Source: Actinomycetes bacterium
GTDB lineage: Bacteria; Actinomycetota; Actinomycetes; S36-B12
Assembly (NCBI GenBank): GCA_965657825.1
Contig: CBFHQG010000001.1
Span: 15,057 to 79,056 of the forward strand
DNA: 64,000 nt
Reading direction: 5' to 3'
In this document: positions 1 to 11,628 of the stretch, one piece after another
Layout: each line of letters opens with the position of its first letter
Position numbering within the stretch: the first letter of the stretch is position 1
The notes under the pieces: model-generated
Told to the model about the DNA's origin: nothing
Database searches by the model: none
The model's input: the letters and a program-made list of their open reading frames with translations, nothing else
Program-made: the position numbers and the translations under genes

Positions 1-956
1 CCAACATCGCGGCCTACGGCGCCTTCGTCAAACCGGGTGAGACGGTCCTCGCGATGAGCCTGCCGCACGGAGGCCATCTCACGCACGGCTCGAAGGTCAA
101 CTTCTCGGGCAAGTGGTTCGACATCGTCTCCTACGGGGTGCGCGAGGACACCGAGACCATCGACTACGACGAGGTGCGCAGTCTCGCGCTGAATCATCGT
201 CCGCGGATGATCATCGCGGGAGCCACCGCCTATCCGCGTCTGATCGATTTCGCGGCATTCCGATCCATCGCAGACGAGGTCGGTGCGATCCTCATGGTCG
301 ATGCCGCCCACTTCATCGGGCTCGTCGCCGGCAAGGCGATCCCCAGCCCGGTGCCCTACGCCGATGTCATCACCTTCACCACGCACAAGGTGCTCCGCGG
401 CCCGCGCGGGGGAATGATCCTGTGCAAAGCCGAGCATGCCGCGGCTCTCGACAAGGCAGTGTTTCCGATGATGCAGGGTGGCCCGCTCATGCATGCGGTG
501 GCCGCGAAGGCCGTGGCCCTGCGCGAAGCCTCCACGCCTGCCTTCCAGGCGTATGCATCACAGGTGGTCGCGAATGCGCAGGCGCTCACCGCCGCACTCG
601 CTGTCGAAGGCATGCGACCGGTCAGCGGAGGCACCGATACCCATCTGTCGCTGCTGGACCTTCGCGCTTTGGACGTCACCGGTACCGAGGCAGAGGCGCG
701 GTGTGATGCGGCACGCATCACGTTGAACAAGAACGCGATTCCCTATGACCCGCAACCACCCGCGGTTGCGTCGGGAATCCGCGTGGGTACACCTTCGGTC
801 ACGACCCAGGGAATGGGAACCGACGCCATGGTCCGCATCGCGGAGCTCATCGGGCGCGCCGTCCGCGAGCCGGCAGCCTCGGCGAGTGTCGCCGCGGAGG
901 TCACCGACCTCGTCTCCGCCTACCCGGCCTACGCACGCGAGCCGGTCACGGTCTGA
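1..956 (+). CDS. glyA: Serine hydroxymethyltransferase, C-terminal part (5' end upstream of window)
   Basis: The frame of ORF 54..956 stays open back to position 3. Motifs HGGHLTHG and TFTTHKVLRGPRGG (PLP-lysine region) are typical of SHMT. Confidence 0.9.
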   Translation, partial: NIAAYGAFVKPGETVLAMSLPHGGHLTHGSKVNFSGKWFDIVSYGVREDTETIDYDEVRSLALNHRPRMIIAGATAYPRLIDFAAFRSIADEVGAILMVDAAHFIGLVAGKAIPSPVPYADVITFTTHKVLRGPRGGMILCKAEHAAALDKAVFPMMQGGPLMHAVAAKAVALREASTPAFQAYASQVVANAQALTAALAVEGMRPVSGGTDTHLSLLDLRALDVTGTEAEARCDAARITLNKNAIPYDPQPPAVASGIRVGTPSVTTQGMGTDAMVRIAELIGRAVREPAASASVAAEVTDLVSAYPAYAREPVTV

Positions 957-960
957 TCCC

Positions 961-2091
961 ATGCGCGAGTACCTGCTCTGCCTGCTGGCAGCAGCGGCCG
1001 TCACCTACCTGACGGTTCCCCTGAGCAGGAGACTCGCGTTGGCATGGGGCGCCCTCGCCGAGGTGCGCGACCGTGACGTGCATGACCAACCCACCCCCCG
1101 CCTCGGTGGGCTGGCGATGTTCGCCGGGCTTCTCGTCGGTCTGCTCCTCGCGAGCAAACTGCCGCTGATGGGCACCGTGTTCGCTGACGGTGCACGCATC
1201 CCGCTCGCGTTGATCAGCGGAGCGGTGATCATCGTGCTGCTCGGGGTGATCGACGACCGGTGGGGACTGGCAGCACCGACGAAGTTCGCCGGCCAGGTGC
1301 TCGCCGCGTCCGTCATGGCCGTGCAGGGCATCGCGATCATCTGGCTCCCCATCGGCGGCACCCTCGTCCTCGATCCGGTGACCAGCGTGCTGCTCACCGT
1401 CTTGGTGGTGCTCGTCACGATCAACGCGATCAACATGGTCGACGGTCTAGACGGGCTCGCGGCGGGCATCGTCGGAATCGCGGCGATCGCGTTCTTCGCC
1501 TATTCCTACCTGCTCTCGGTCGAGATCGGCTTCGAGCGGGCCACCATGGCCACTCTCGTCTCGGCGCTACTCGCGGGAATGTGCCTGGGATTCCTGCCGC
1601 ACAACGTTTTCCCCGCTCGGATCTTCATGGGCGACACGGGCTCGATGCTGCTCGGTCTCCTGCTGGCAGCCAGCATCATCACCCTGTCCGGCCAGGTGGA
1701 TCCCAGCGCGATCGAAGGCGGCACGCTTCTGCCCGCGCTTCTTCCCATCCTTCTCCCGCTCGCCGTCATGGCTGTGCCGCTTCTGGATCTCGGCCTCGCC
1801 GTCGTGCGGCGCACCCGTCGCGGCCGATCTCCCTTCGCACCCGACAAGCAGCACATGCACCATCGTCTGCTCGAGGTGGGTCACTCCCAGGGCCGTGCGG
1901 TGCTGCTGATGTACGGTCTCGCGGCCGTCATCGCCGGCACCGCCGTGGCCTTGGCCTTCGTGCCGGTGGGATACGCCATGATCATCCTGGGCGCAGGGAT
2001 GACGCTGCTGGTCGTCGCAGTGATCCAACCGCGGCTCGGGGGAAGCAGCGAGACACCGCGGATCCTCAGCCGAACGGGAACCGAGGAGTAG
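961..2091 (+). CDS. wecA: UDP-GlcNAc:polyprenyl-phosphate GlcNAc-1-phosphate transferase (MraY/WecA family)
   Basis: ATG at 961 (MREYLL...) lies inside the longer ORF 745..2091. The protein is polytopic membrane, with the NAINMVDGLDGLA and FMGDTGS motifs of the MraY/WecA family. It sits upstream of the atp operon, like rfe in mycobacteria. Confidence 0.85.
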   Translation: MREYLLCLLAAAAVTYLTVPLSRRLALAWGALAEVRDRDVHDQPTPRLGGLAMFAGLLVGLLLASKLPLMGTVFADGARIPLALISGAVIIVLLGVIDDRWGLAAPTKFAGQVLAASVMAVQGIAIIWLPIGGTLVLDPVTSVLLTVLVVLVTINAINMVDGLDGLAAGIVGIAAIAFFAYSYLLSVEIGFERATMATLVSALLAGMCLGFLPHNVFPARIFMGDTGSMLLGLLLAASIITLSGQVDPSAIEGGTLLPALLPILLPLAVMAVPLLDLGLAVVRRTRRGRSPFAPDKQHMHHRLLEVGHSQGRAVLLMYGLAAVIAGTAVALAFVPVGYAMIILGAGMTLLVVAVIQPRLGGSSETPRILSRTGTEE

Positions 2092-2147
2092 CCGCCGATA
2101 ACCGGGGACGATAGCCTTCGAAGGATCCCATTCGAAGGAGCACCTAG

Positions 2148-2558
2148 ATGGCCTCGATCGACGCGGCAGTCCTGCGCGGTGCGATCCCCGCGACGCTCGT
2201 CGTGGGGGCAATCGGCACCGGTATCGGTGCTGCGGTGTCCGGAGGCCTCGGCGCTCTCGGTGGCATCCTCGGAACGGTCATCGTCGTGGCCTTCTTCAGT
2301 CTCGGCCAGGGTGTTCTCGGCTACGTCCTGCGGACCAACCCGCAGATGGCGATGTCGGTGGCTCTCCTGGTGTACCTGGTCAAGATCGGCCTGCTGTTCA
2401 TCTTCCTGCTGATCTTCCAAGGCACGACCGCCTTCGATACCCGAGTGTTCGCCGGCACGATCGTGGCCTGCACGCTGACCTGGACAGCCGCTGAGGTCTG
2501 GGTGTTCGCGCGCACCAAGGTGCTCACCGTCGAGCCCGGAAGCGGGCCGGGTCGATGA
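2148..2558 (+). CDS. Small 4-TM membrane protein, ATP synthase protein I-like
   Basis: 136-aa hydrophobic ORF with a GAAGGAG Shine-Dalgarno 7 nt upstream. It lies directly upstream of atpB. Function is assigned by position and topology only. Confidence 0.55.
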   Translation: MASIDAAVLRGAIPATLVVGAIGTGIGAAVSGGLGALGGILGTVIVVAFFSLGQGVLGYVLRTNPQMAMSVALLVYLVKIGLLFIFLLIFQGTTAFDTRVFAGTIVACTLTWTAAEVWVFARTKVLTVEPGSGPGR

Positions 2559-2881
2559 TGCGTCGACCGGAGTCCCTCGTTCCGCCGATCAAGCCCTCCG
2601 CGCGGGTGAGTCGCGACGGAGGAAAGGGTTGGGACGGGGTGAATTCGGCCTGGATCATTGTCAGTCATCTGTTGACGGGCATCATCCTGTACGCCGGAAT
2701 CGGGTGGGTCATCTCACTGTGGGTCCCGCACCGACCCCTGCTGATGGCAGCCGGTGCGCTCATCGGTATGTTTCTGGCGATCTACCTCATCCATCGTCGG
2801 CTCGAGGCGACCCCGCCTGAGCCCCCGACTGCAGGTAAGGGAGCGGCAGTGATCCCCTCGGAGGCGCCTCGTGGCCGCTGA
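2555..2881 (+). CDS. AtpZ/AtpI-family small membrane protein
   Basis: 108-aa ORF whose start overlaps the previous stop (ATGATG/TGA). It has two predicted TM helices (ILYAGIGWVISLW, LMAAGALIGMFLAIYLI) and sits just before atpB. Confidence 0.5.
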   Translation: MMRRPESLVPPIKPSARVSRDGGKGWDGVNSAWIIVSHLLTGIILYAGIGWVISLWVPHRPLLMAAGALIGMFLAIYLIHRRLEATPPEPPTAGKGAAVIPSEAPRGR

Positions 2882-3716
2882 GTCCCTCGAAGGTGTCGTC
2901 GCCGCCGGCAGCCTCGACTGCAAGTTCGAGAACGCTGCCAACCCGTGCGGGTTCCCCGCTCCCGATACCGGGATCTTCTTCTTCGACGATCTAGCCTCGA
3001 TCGAGCTGTTCGGGATGACCTTCGGGGTCAACAAGGTCACCATCCAGGTGGTCCTCGCGGTGATCGTGATCCTGGCTTTCTTCCTCTACGCCTTCCGCAA
3101 GCCGAAGGTCGTCCCACGAGGCGCCCAGAACGTCGGCGAGATGGGCTACCTGTTCATCCGGGATGGCATCGCCCGTGAGGTGATGGGCAAGGACGGCGAC
3201 AAGTACGTCCCCTTCCTGTTCAGTTTCTTCTTCCTCGTGTGGATGCTGAACTTCATGGGCATCGTGCCCTTCGTCCACTTCCCGGCGACGAGTATCTTCG
3301 CGATCCCCGTGGCCTTCGCCCTGATCGTCTACCTGACCTGGGTGCCACTGGGCATCTACCGGCAGGGGTTCTTCGGATTCTTCAAGAACATGATGTTCCC
3401 ACCCGGAGTTCCCAAGCCCATGTACGCCCTGCTCGCCCCCATCGAGTTCCTGTCGAACATCATCGTGCGGCCGTTCACTCACGCCGTCCGTCTGTTCGCC
3501 AACATGTTCGCCGGCCACCTGCTGCTGGCCACCTTCTCGATCGCATCCTTCTACCTGTTGACGTTCACCGTCATCGGGGCGCTGGGGTCGATCGCGTCGG
3601 TGACGGTCGCGGTGGCCATCACGGCCTTCGAGCTGCTCATCCAGGCGCTCCAGGCCTACATCTTCACCCTGCTCACCGCCGTCTACATCGGTGGTGCGCT
3701 GCACGCAGAGCACTGA
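2871..3716 (+). CDS. atpB: F0F1 ATP synthase subunit a
   Basis: Contains the VRLFANMFAGHLLL motif with the essential Arg, and is multi-TM. The GTG start at 2871 is uncertain. Confidence 0.9.
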   Translation: MAAESLEGVVAAGSLDCKFENAANPCGFPAPDTGIFFFDDLASIELFGMTFGVNKVTIQVVLAVIVILAFFLYAFRKPKVVPRGAQNVGEMGYLFIRDGIAREVMGKDGDKYVPFLFSFFFLVWMLNFMGIVPFVHFPATSIFAIPVAFALIVYLTWVPLGIYRQGFFGFFKNMMFPPGVPKPMYALLAPIEFLSNIIVRPFTHAVRLFANMFAGHLLLATFSIASFYLLTFTVIGALGSIASVTVAVAITAFELLIQALQAYIFTLLTAVYIGGALHAEH

Positions 3717-3752
3717 TCGCACAGCACTGATCGCACAGCACTGATCGCACAG
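3711..3752. repeat. 14-bp tandem repeat CACTGATCGCACAG x3, spanning the atpB stop codon
   Basis: Read directly: units at 3711-3724, 3725-3738 and 3739-3752. The atpB TGA (3714-3716) lies in the first unit. Confidence 0.95.
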
Positions 3753-3774
3753 CGCAGGATCGACAACTGAATAG

Positions 3775-4083
<309 letters not shown>

Positions 4084-4088
4084 TCCCC

Positions 4089-4652
4089 ATGGGTAGCGCT
4101 GCGCTAGCCATCACCGCCGCGGGCGATAACGAGCCGATGCCCTCGGTGCTCGCGGTGCCGATCGACGAGCTGATCGTCGGCATCTTCGCCTTCCTCGTCG
4201 TCTTCGGCGTGCTCGCCAAGGTCGCCCTGCCCAAGATCAAGGCGGCCCTGGAAGCTCGCACCGACGCGATCGAGGGTGGAATCGCCCGTGCTCAGGCGGC
4301 GCAGGATGAGGCGGAGCAGGCACGTGACGAGTACCGAGCCGCGCTGGCTCAGGCTCGCGAGGAGGCGGCGGCGATTCGCGCTCAGGCGCAAAGCGATCGT
4401 GCGTCCATCGTGGAGGAGGCGCGCACGGAGGCGCGCACGGCGGCCGCAGCCGTGACCGCGCAGGCTGAGGCGGCCCTTGCCGCTGAGCGTGCGCAGGCCA
4501 GCGCCCAACTGACCCGCCAGGTCGGTGAGGTCGCGATCACCCTGGCCACGAAGATCGTGGGCCAGAGCCTCGCTGAGGATGCGCGTGTTCGGGCGACCGT
4601 CGACGAATTCCTCGACACCCTGGAAGCCCAGGCCCGGGAGGCGAAAGCCTGA
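4089..4652 (+). CDS. atpF: F0F1 ATP synthase subunit b
   Basis: One N-terminal TM helix followed by a long Ala/Glu/Arg-rich coiled region. Its position in the operon fits. Confidence 0.85.
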   Translation: MGSAALAITAAGDNEPMPSVLAVPIDELIVGIFAFLVVFGVLAKVALPKIKAALEARTDAIEGGIARAQAAQDEAEQARDEYRAALAQAREEAAAIRAQAQSDRASIVEEARTEARTAAAAVTAQAEAALAAERAQASAQLTRQVGEVAITLATKIVGQSLAEDARVRATVDEFLDTLEAQAREAKA

Positions 4653-5464
4653 TGCTGGGAGCGAGCAGGGAGAGCATGACGGCGCTGATCGGCGCCCTCG
4701 CCGCGCGCGAGGAGATTCCGGCCGATCTCGCCGAGCAGGTCTACTCCGTCGCCGATCTCCTCGGCCGGGAGAAGCCACTGCGCAACGCGCTGGCCGATTC
4801 CGGAACCGACGAGTCGGCTCGGGCGGGCCTGGTGCACTCCGTGCTCGACGGGCGGGTGTCAGCCGATGCGGTCGACCTGGTCGCCGTGGCAGCCCGCAAG
4901 CGGTGGTCCTCCGATGCCGACCTCGTCATCGCCCTCGAGGCGCTGGCGGCGCAGGCGGTCTTCGCTCGCGCGCAAAGCGATGGAACCCTCGACGCCACCG
5001 AGGAGGAGATCTTCCGGTTCGGGCGCGCGGTGGATGCCTCCTCCGAGCTGCAGATGGCCCTGACGGATCCCGCTTTGTCGTCGGCGACCAAGGCCGGGAT
5101 CGTCGACACCCTTCTGGAGGGGCGCTGCACTGCGGCGACCCGACAGGTGCTCGCCTACGCCGTGGGCCACCTGCACGGCGCCCGCCTCGACGCGGCCATC
5201 GACGACCTCACCGAGGCGGCGGCGCGCCAGCGCCAGCGCATCGTGGCCGAGGTGCGAGTGGCAGCACCACTGGACCCCGAACAGCACCGCCGGCTGACCG
5301 AAGCGCTCTCCGCGCTCACCGGTGGCCAGGTGCGGCTGAATGTCGCGATCGATCCCAGCGTCCTCGGTGGCGTCCATGTGACGATGGGCGACGAGATCAT
5401 CGATGGCACGGTCGCCACCCGACTGACCCAGGCGCGTCGAGCGATGCTCGGCGCGCGCGATTGA
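4652..5464 (+). CDS. atpH: F0F1 ATP synthase subunit delta
   Basis: The ATG overlaps the atpF stop. The protein is 270 aa, and the C-terminal [28 protein letters not shown] matches the OSCP/delta signature. Confidence 0.85.
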   Translation: MLGASRESMTALIGALAAREEIPADLAEQVYSVADLLGREKPLRNALADSGTDESARAGLVHSVLDGRVSADAVDLVAVAARKRWSSDADLVIALEALAAQAVFARAQSDGTLDATEEEIFRFGRAVDASSELQMALTDPALSSATKAGIVDTLLEGRCTAATRQVLAYAVGHLHGARLDAAIDDLTEAAARQRQRIVAEVRVAAPLDPEQHRRLTEALSALTGGQVRLNVAIDPSVLGGVHVTMGDEIIDGTVATRLTQARRAMLGARD

Positions 5465-5510
5465 GTTCATCCGCCGATACCCATCGGCCCGACGAAAGAG
5501 AGCAGGCACC

Positions 5511-7145
5511 ATGACGGAGCTGACGATCCGCCCGGAGGAGATCCGGAACGCGATCGAGCGGAACGTCGAGGAGTACTCGCCGACGACCGCCCGTGAGGAA
5601 GTGGGTCGAGTCATCGAGACCGGCGACGGCATCGCGCGTGTCGAGGGCCTGCACTCGGCCATGACCAATGAGTTGCTGGAGTTCGAGGGCGGCCTGCTCG
5701 GTATCGCCTTGAACCTCGACGTCCGCGAGATCGGCGCCGTGCTCCTCGGGGACGGCTCCGCGATCGAGGAGGGCCAGCCGGTCCGCCGCACCGGGGAGGT
5801 GCTGTCGGTTCCGGTCGGTGATGGTTACCTCGGCCGCGTCGTCGATCCGCTCGGCAACCCGATCGACGGCAAGGGGCCCATCGCGACCGAGGGTCGACGC
5901 GCCCTCGAACTGCAGGCGCCGACCGTCGTCCAGCGTCAGCCGGTGAGCGAGCCGCTGCAGACGGGGATCAAGGCCATCGACGCCATGACCGCCATCGGTC
6001 GCGGACAGCGCCAGCTGATCATCGGCGACCGGCAGACCGGCAAGACAGCCGTGTGCATCGACACGATCATCAACCAGCGCTCCAACTGGGAGTCCGGTGA
6101 TCCCAAGAAGCAGGTGCGCTGCATTTACGTCGCGATCGGCCAGAAGGGCTCGACCATCGCTGCGGTTCGCGGTGCACTCGAGGAGTACGGCGCGATGGAT
6201 TACACCACCATCGTCGCGGCTCCCGCATCCGACCCGGCCGGTTTCAAGTACCTGGCCCCCTACACCGGATCGGCCATCGGCCAGCACTGGATGTACAACG
6301 GCAAGCATGTCCTCATCGTGTTCGACGACCTGAGCAAGCAGGCTGAGGCCTACCGCGCGGTCTCGCTGCTGCTGCGCCGGCCGCCGGGCCGCGAGGCGTA
6401 CCCCGGCGACGTGTTCTACCTGCACTCCCGTCTACTGGAGCGCTGCGCCAAGCTCTCCGATGAGATGGGTGGCGGTTCGATGACCGGTCTGCCGATCATC
6501 GAGACCAAGGCCAATGACGTGTCCGCGTTCATTCCGACCAACGTCATCTCCATCACCGACGGTCAGTGCTTCTTGGAGTCGGACCTGTTCAACTCCGGTG
6601 TCCGCCCGGCCATCAACGTCGGCATCTCCGTCTCCCGAGTCGGAGGTGCAGCCCAGCCGAAGGCGATGAAGAAGGTGGCCGGCCCGCTGCGCTTGAACCT
6701 CGCGCAGTTCCGTGAACTCGAGGCCTTCGCCGCGTTCGGCTCCGATCTCGACTCTGCGTCCAAGGCCCAGTTGGCGCGTGGCACCCGCCTGGTCGAACTC
6801 CTCAAGCAGGCCCAGTACCAGCCGCAGGCGATGGAGCGTGAGGTCGTCTCGGTGTGGTCGGGCACGACCGGTCGTCTAGACGATGTACCCGTAGAGGACA
6901 TCCGTCGCTTCGATGCGGAGTTCTTGGACTACGTCGGGCGCGAGCATGCGGGGATCCTCGACTCGATTCGTCAGACCTCCGACCTGTCCGAGGACACCGT
7001 GGCGCTCCTCGACTCGGCGATCGCGACCTTCAAGGGTCAGTTCACGACCAGTAGCGGAGAGCTGCTCATCAAGGACGAGCCGGTCGAGGCTGTCGACGAA
7101 GATGACATCGATCCCACGCAGATCACCGTGAAGAAGCGGGGATAG
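5511..7145 (+). CDS. atpA: F0F1 ATP synthase subunit alpha
   Basis: Walker A GDRQTGKT, and full-length similarity to alpha subunits. Confidence 0.97.
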   Translation: MTELTIRPEEIRNAIERNVEEYSPTTAREEVGRVIETGDGIARVEGLHSAMTNELLEFEGGLLGIALNLDVREIGAVLLGDGSAIEEGQPVRRTGEVLSVPVGDGYLGRVVDPLGNPIDGKGPIATEGRRALELQAPTVVQRQPVSEPLQTGIKAIDAMTAIGRGQRQLIIGDRQTGKTAVCIDTIINQRSNWESGDPKKQVRCIYVAIGQKGSTIAAVRGALEEYGAMDYTTIVAAPASDPAGFKYLAPYTGSAIGQHWMYNGKHVLIVFDDLSKQAEAYRAVSLLLRRPPGREAYPGDVFYLHSRLLERCAKLSDEMGGGSMTGLPIIETKANDVSAFIPTNVISITDGQCFLESDLFNSGVRPAINVGISVSRVGGAAQPKAMKKVAGPLRLNLAQFRELEAFAAFGSDLDSASKAQLARGTRLVELLKQAQYQPQAMEREVVSVWSGTTGRLDDVPVEDIRRFDAEFLDYVGREHAGILDSIRQTSDLSEDTVALLDSAIATFKGQFTTSSGELLIKDEPVEAVDEDDIDPTQITVKKRG

Positions 7146-7150
7146 TCGAA

Positions 7151-9566
<2,416 letters not shown>

Positions 9567-9568
9567 GG

Positions 9569-9961
9569 ATGGCCGAACTGACCGTCGCGGTCGTGTCCGC
9601 CGAGAAGTCCATCTGGCAGGGGACGGCCAAGAGCATCGTGGCCAAAACCCCCGAGGGTGAGATCGGCATCCTGCCCGGCCACGAGCCCGTCCTCGCCCTC
9701 TTGGTCGAGGCCCCGTTGCGCATCGAGCAGACCGACGGAACCAAGACCTTCGTCGCAGTCCACGGCGGGTTCTTCTCCGTGGACTCCGATCGGGTCAACG
9801 TCATCGCCGAGACGGCCGAGATGGCTCATGAGATCGACGTCGAGCGAGCCAGGGTCGCTCTCGAGCGGGCGACTTCACGCGCGCACGATGAGGAGGCCGA
9901 GGCGCGGGCGGCGAAGCGTGCTGAGACGCGGTTGAACGTCGCGATGGCCGCCGGCCGCTAA
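9569..9961 (+). CDS. atpC: F0F1 ATP synthase subunit epsilon
   Basis: MAELTVAVVSAEKSIWQG... is a typical epsilon N-terminus. ATG 9569 lies 3 nt after the atpD stop. Confidence 0.92.
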   Translation: MAELTVAVVSAEKSIWQGTAKSIVAKTPEGEIGILPGHEPVLALLVEAPLRIEQTDGTKTFVAVHGGFFSVDSDRVNVIAETAEMAHEIDVERARVALERATSRAHDEEAEARAAKRAETRLNVAMAAGR

Positions 9962-9971
9962 TCCTCACTAC

Positions 9972-10032
9972 TGCCGAGTGCGCACCTGCGTGCGCATTTC
10001 GGCCTGTTTTCGTGCCCGTAGGTGCGCACTCG
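9972..10032. repeat. 61-bp direct repeat, left copy (hairpin-forming, GTGCGCAC-rich)
   Basis: 60/61 identical to 10941..11001 (T/C difference at unit position 34). The outer arms CGAGTGCGCACCT / AGGTGCGCACTCG are complementary (13 bp). It begins 10 nt after the atpC stop. Confidence 0.95.
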
Positions 10033-10106
10033 CGAGGGCACGATCTCATCCACAGTCGGGACATGTGGCCTAGCGGCATGTCGGATCGCGATCCCATCGT
10101 TCGTTC

Positions 10107-10940
10107 ATGGACGAACTCGCCTACCTGGTCGATGACCGCACCCGCATGAAGTACCGGAAGGGTTTCTGGGCTCCGACACGCGGAGTGCGTCTCCCTGATG
10201 GTCGAGACGATGTTCTCGCGCGCTGCGCTGCCGCCTCGCGTGCGATAGGCCCCCACATCGCATTCTCTGGAGTCACGTCCGTCGAATTGTGGGAGGGGGT
10301 GGAGTCGGACCCCGGGATGTGTGAGTTCACGATCCCTGAGGGTGCTCACGATGTCCGACGCCCCGGGTACCGATGTCGCCGCCGACTTCTCCCATCGCAG
10401 GACCTCGCGACCCGCCACGGCTTCACCGTCACGACGCCGTCGCGCACCCTGGTAGATCTCGGGGCAAGGTTGAGCCTGCCCAGGCTGGTTGCCGTGGGGG
10501 ACGACTTCCTCTCCCGTGGTCTGATCAGCCAGAGGGCGCTCGATGAGGTCCTCGGTCGATCGGTGGGCCAGCGCGGCGTACGTCGAGCACGGCAGGCCAT
10601 CTCGATCCTCGATGCCCGCGCGGAGTCTCCCCGGGAGTCGATGGTCCGGGCCCTCCTGATCGAGGGAGGCTACCGCTGCCCCGTACCCCAATTCGAGGTA
10701 CGTGATGCCTCGGGACGATTCATCGCGCGTGTGGATTTGGCCTATGTCGACGAGAAGATCGCCATCGAATACGACGGCGAGTATCACCTGTCTCGCGAAC
10801 GACAGGCCAAAGATGCGTGGCGACGCGGTGACCTAGGAGCGCAGGGGTGGCTCGTGGTGACGGTGGTATCCGAGGATGTTCATCGCCCCCACCTGTTGTA
10901 CGCGAAGGTCAACCGAGCCCTCTCCGCTCATCGCCCCTGA
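10107..10940 (+). CDS. DUF559 / Vsr-like PD-(D/E)XK endonuclease-domain protein
   Basis: The C-terminal block ESPRESMVRALLIEGGY...RVDLAYVDEKIAIEYDGEYHL...D..R...L...GW is typical of the multi-copy actinobacterial DUF559 family. Recognised from memory of the family, with no search run. Confidence 0.75.
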   Translation: MDELAYLVDDRTRMKYRKGFWAPTRGVRLPDGRDDVLARCAAASRAIGPHIAFSGVTSVELWEGVESDPGMCEFTIPEGAHDVRRPGYRCRRRLLPSQDLATRHGFTVTTPSRTLVDLGARLSLPRLVAVGDDFLSRGLISQRALDEVLGRSVGQRGVRRARQAISILDARAESPRESMVRALLIEGGYRCPVPQFEVRDASGRFIARVDLAYVDEKIAIEYDGEYHLSRERQAKDAWRRGDLGAQGWLVVTVVSEDVHRPHLLYAKVNRALSAHRP

Positions 10941-11001
10941 TGCCGAGTGCGCACCTGCGTGCGCATTTCGGCCCGTTTTCGTGCCCGTAGGTGCGCACTC
11001 G
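10941..11001. repeat. 61-bp direct repeat, right copy (hairpin, probable bidirectional terminator)
   Basis: It starts on the nucleotide after the DUF559 stop and ends 1 nt before the stop of the convergent adenosyltransferase gene. Here the stem extends to 15 bp (GCCGAGTGCGCACCT / AGGTGCGCACTCGGC, 10942..11003). Confidence 0.95.
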
Positions 11002-11002
11002 G

Positions 11003-11581
11003 CTAATGGGAGTGGCCGCCGCCGGGCTGCCACATCACGTCACCGCGTTCGGCGTTGGCCGTGCGAGCGAGGATGAACAACAGGTCAGACAGGCGGTTCA
11101 GGTAGGTCGCCGTCAGGGGGTTGATGGCATCCCCGTAAGTCTCGATCGCCTCCCAGGTCGAGCGCTCCGCACGCCGGGTCACGGTGCGGGCCACGTGAAG
11201 GAGGGCGGCTGCCGGAGTTCCACCGGGCAGGATGAACGACCGCAGTGGCTCGAGCTGCTCGTTATAGGAGTCGCACGCTCCCTCCAGACGATCGATGTAG
11301 TCCTCGGTGATGCGCAGGGGAGGGTATTCCGGATCCGCCACGATCGGGGTGCACAGGTCGGCGCCCACGTCGAACAGGTCGTTTTGCACCCCGGTCAGCA
11401 AGGCGTGCAGGTCACCGTCGAGTTCCCCCACAGCCAGGGCCACTCCGATGCTGGAGTTGGCCTCGTCGACGTCGGCGTAGGCCGCCAGACGCGCGTCGGT
11501 CTTGCGGGTGCGCGACATGTCGCCCAGCGACGTTGACCCGTCGTCGCCCGTGCGGGTGTAGATCCGGGTGAGGTTGACCAT
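11003..11581 (-). CDS. ATP:cob(I)alamin adenosyltransferase, PduO type
   Basis: MVNLTRIYTRTGDDGST... is the characteristic PduO-type N-terminus. I chose the internal ATG at 11581 rather than 11623. Confidence 0.88.
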   Translation of the reverse strand: MVNLTRIYTRTGDDGSTSLGDMSRTRKTDARLAAYADVDEANSSIGVALAVGELDGDLHALLTGVQNDLFDVGADLCTPIVADPEYPPLRITEDYIDRLEGACDSYNEQLEPLRSFILPGGTPAAALLHVARTVTRRAERSTWEAIETYGDAINPLTATYLNRLSDLLFILARTANAERGDVMWQPGGGHSH

Positions 11582-11628
11582 GCTGGCCAGCGTAGGGCAG
11601 GGCGGCTGCTCTGGCAGTTCCACCTACC

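Noticed and set aside
11582-11628. Looked for a cobalamin riboswitch near the adenosyltransferase gene, and at 13226-13264 upstream of the mutase.
   Set aside because: Both intergenic regions are under 50 nt, far too short for a B12 riboswitch. No B12-box-like sequence was seen.
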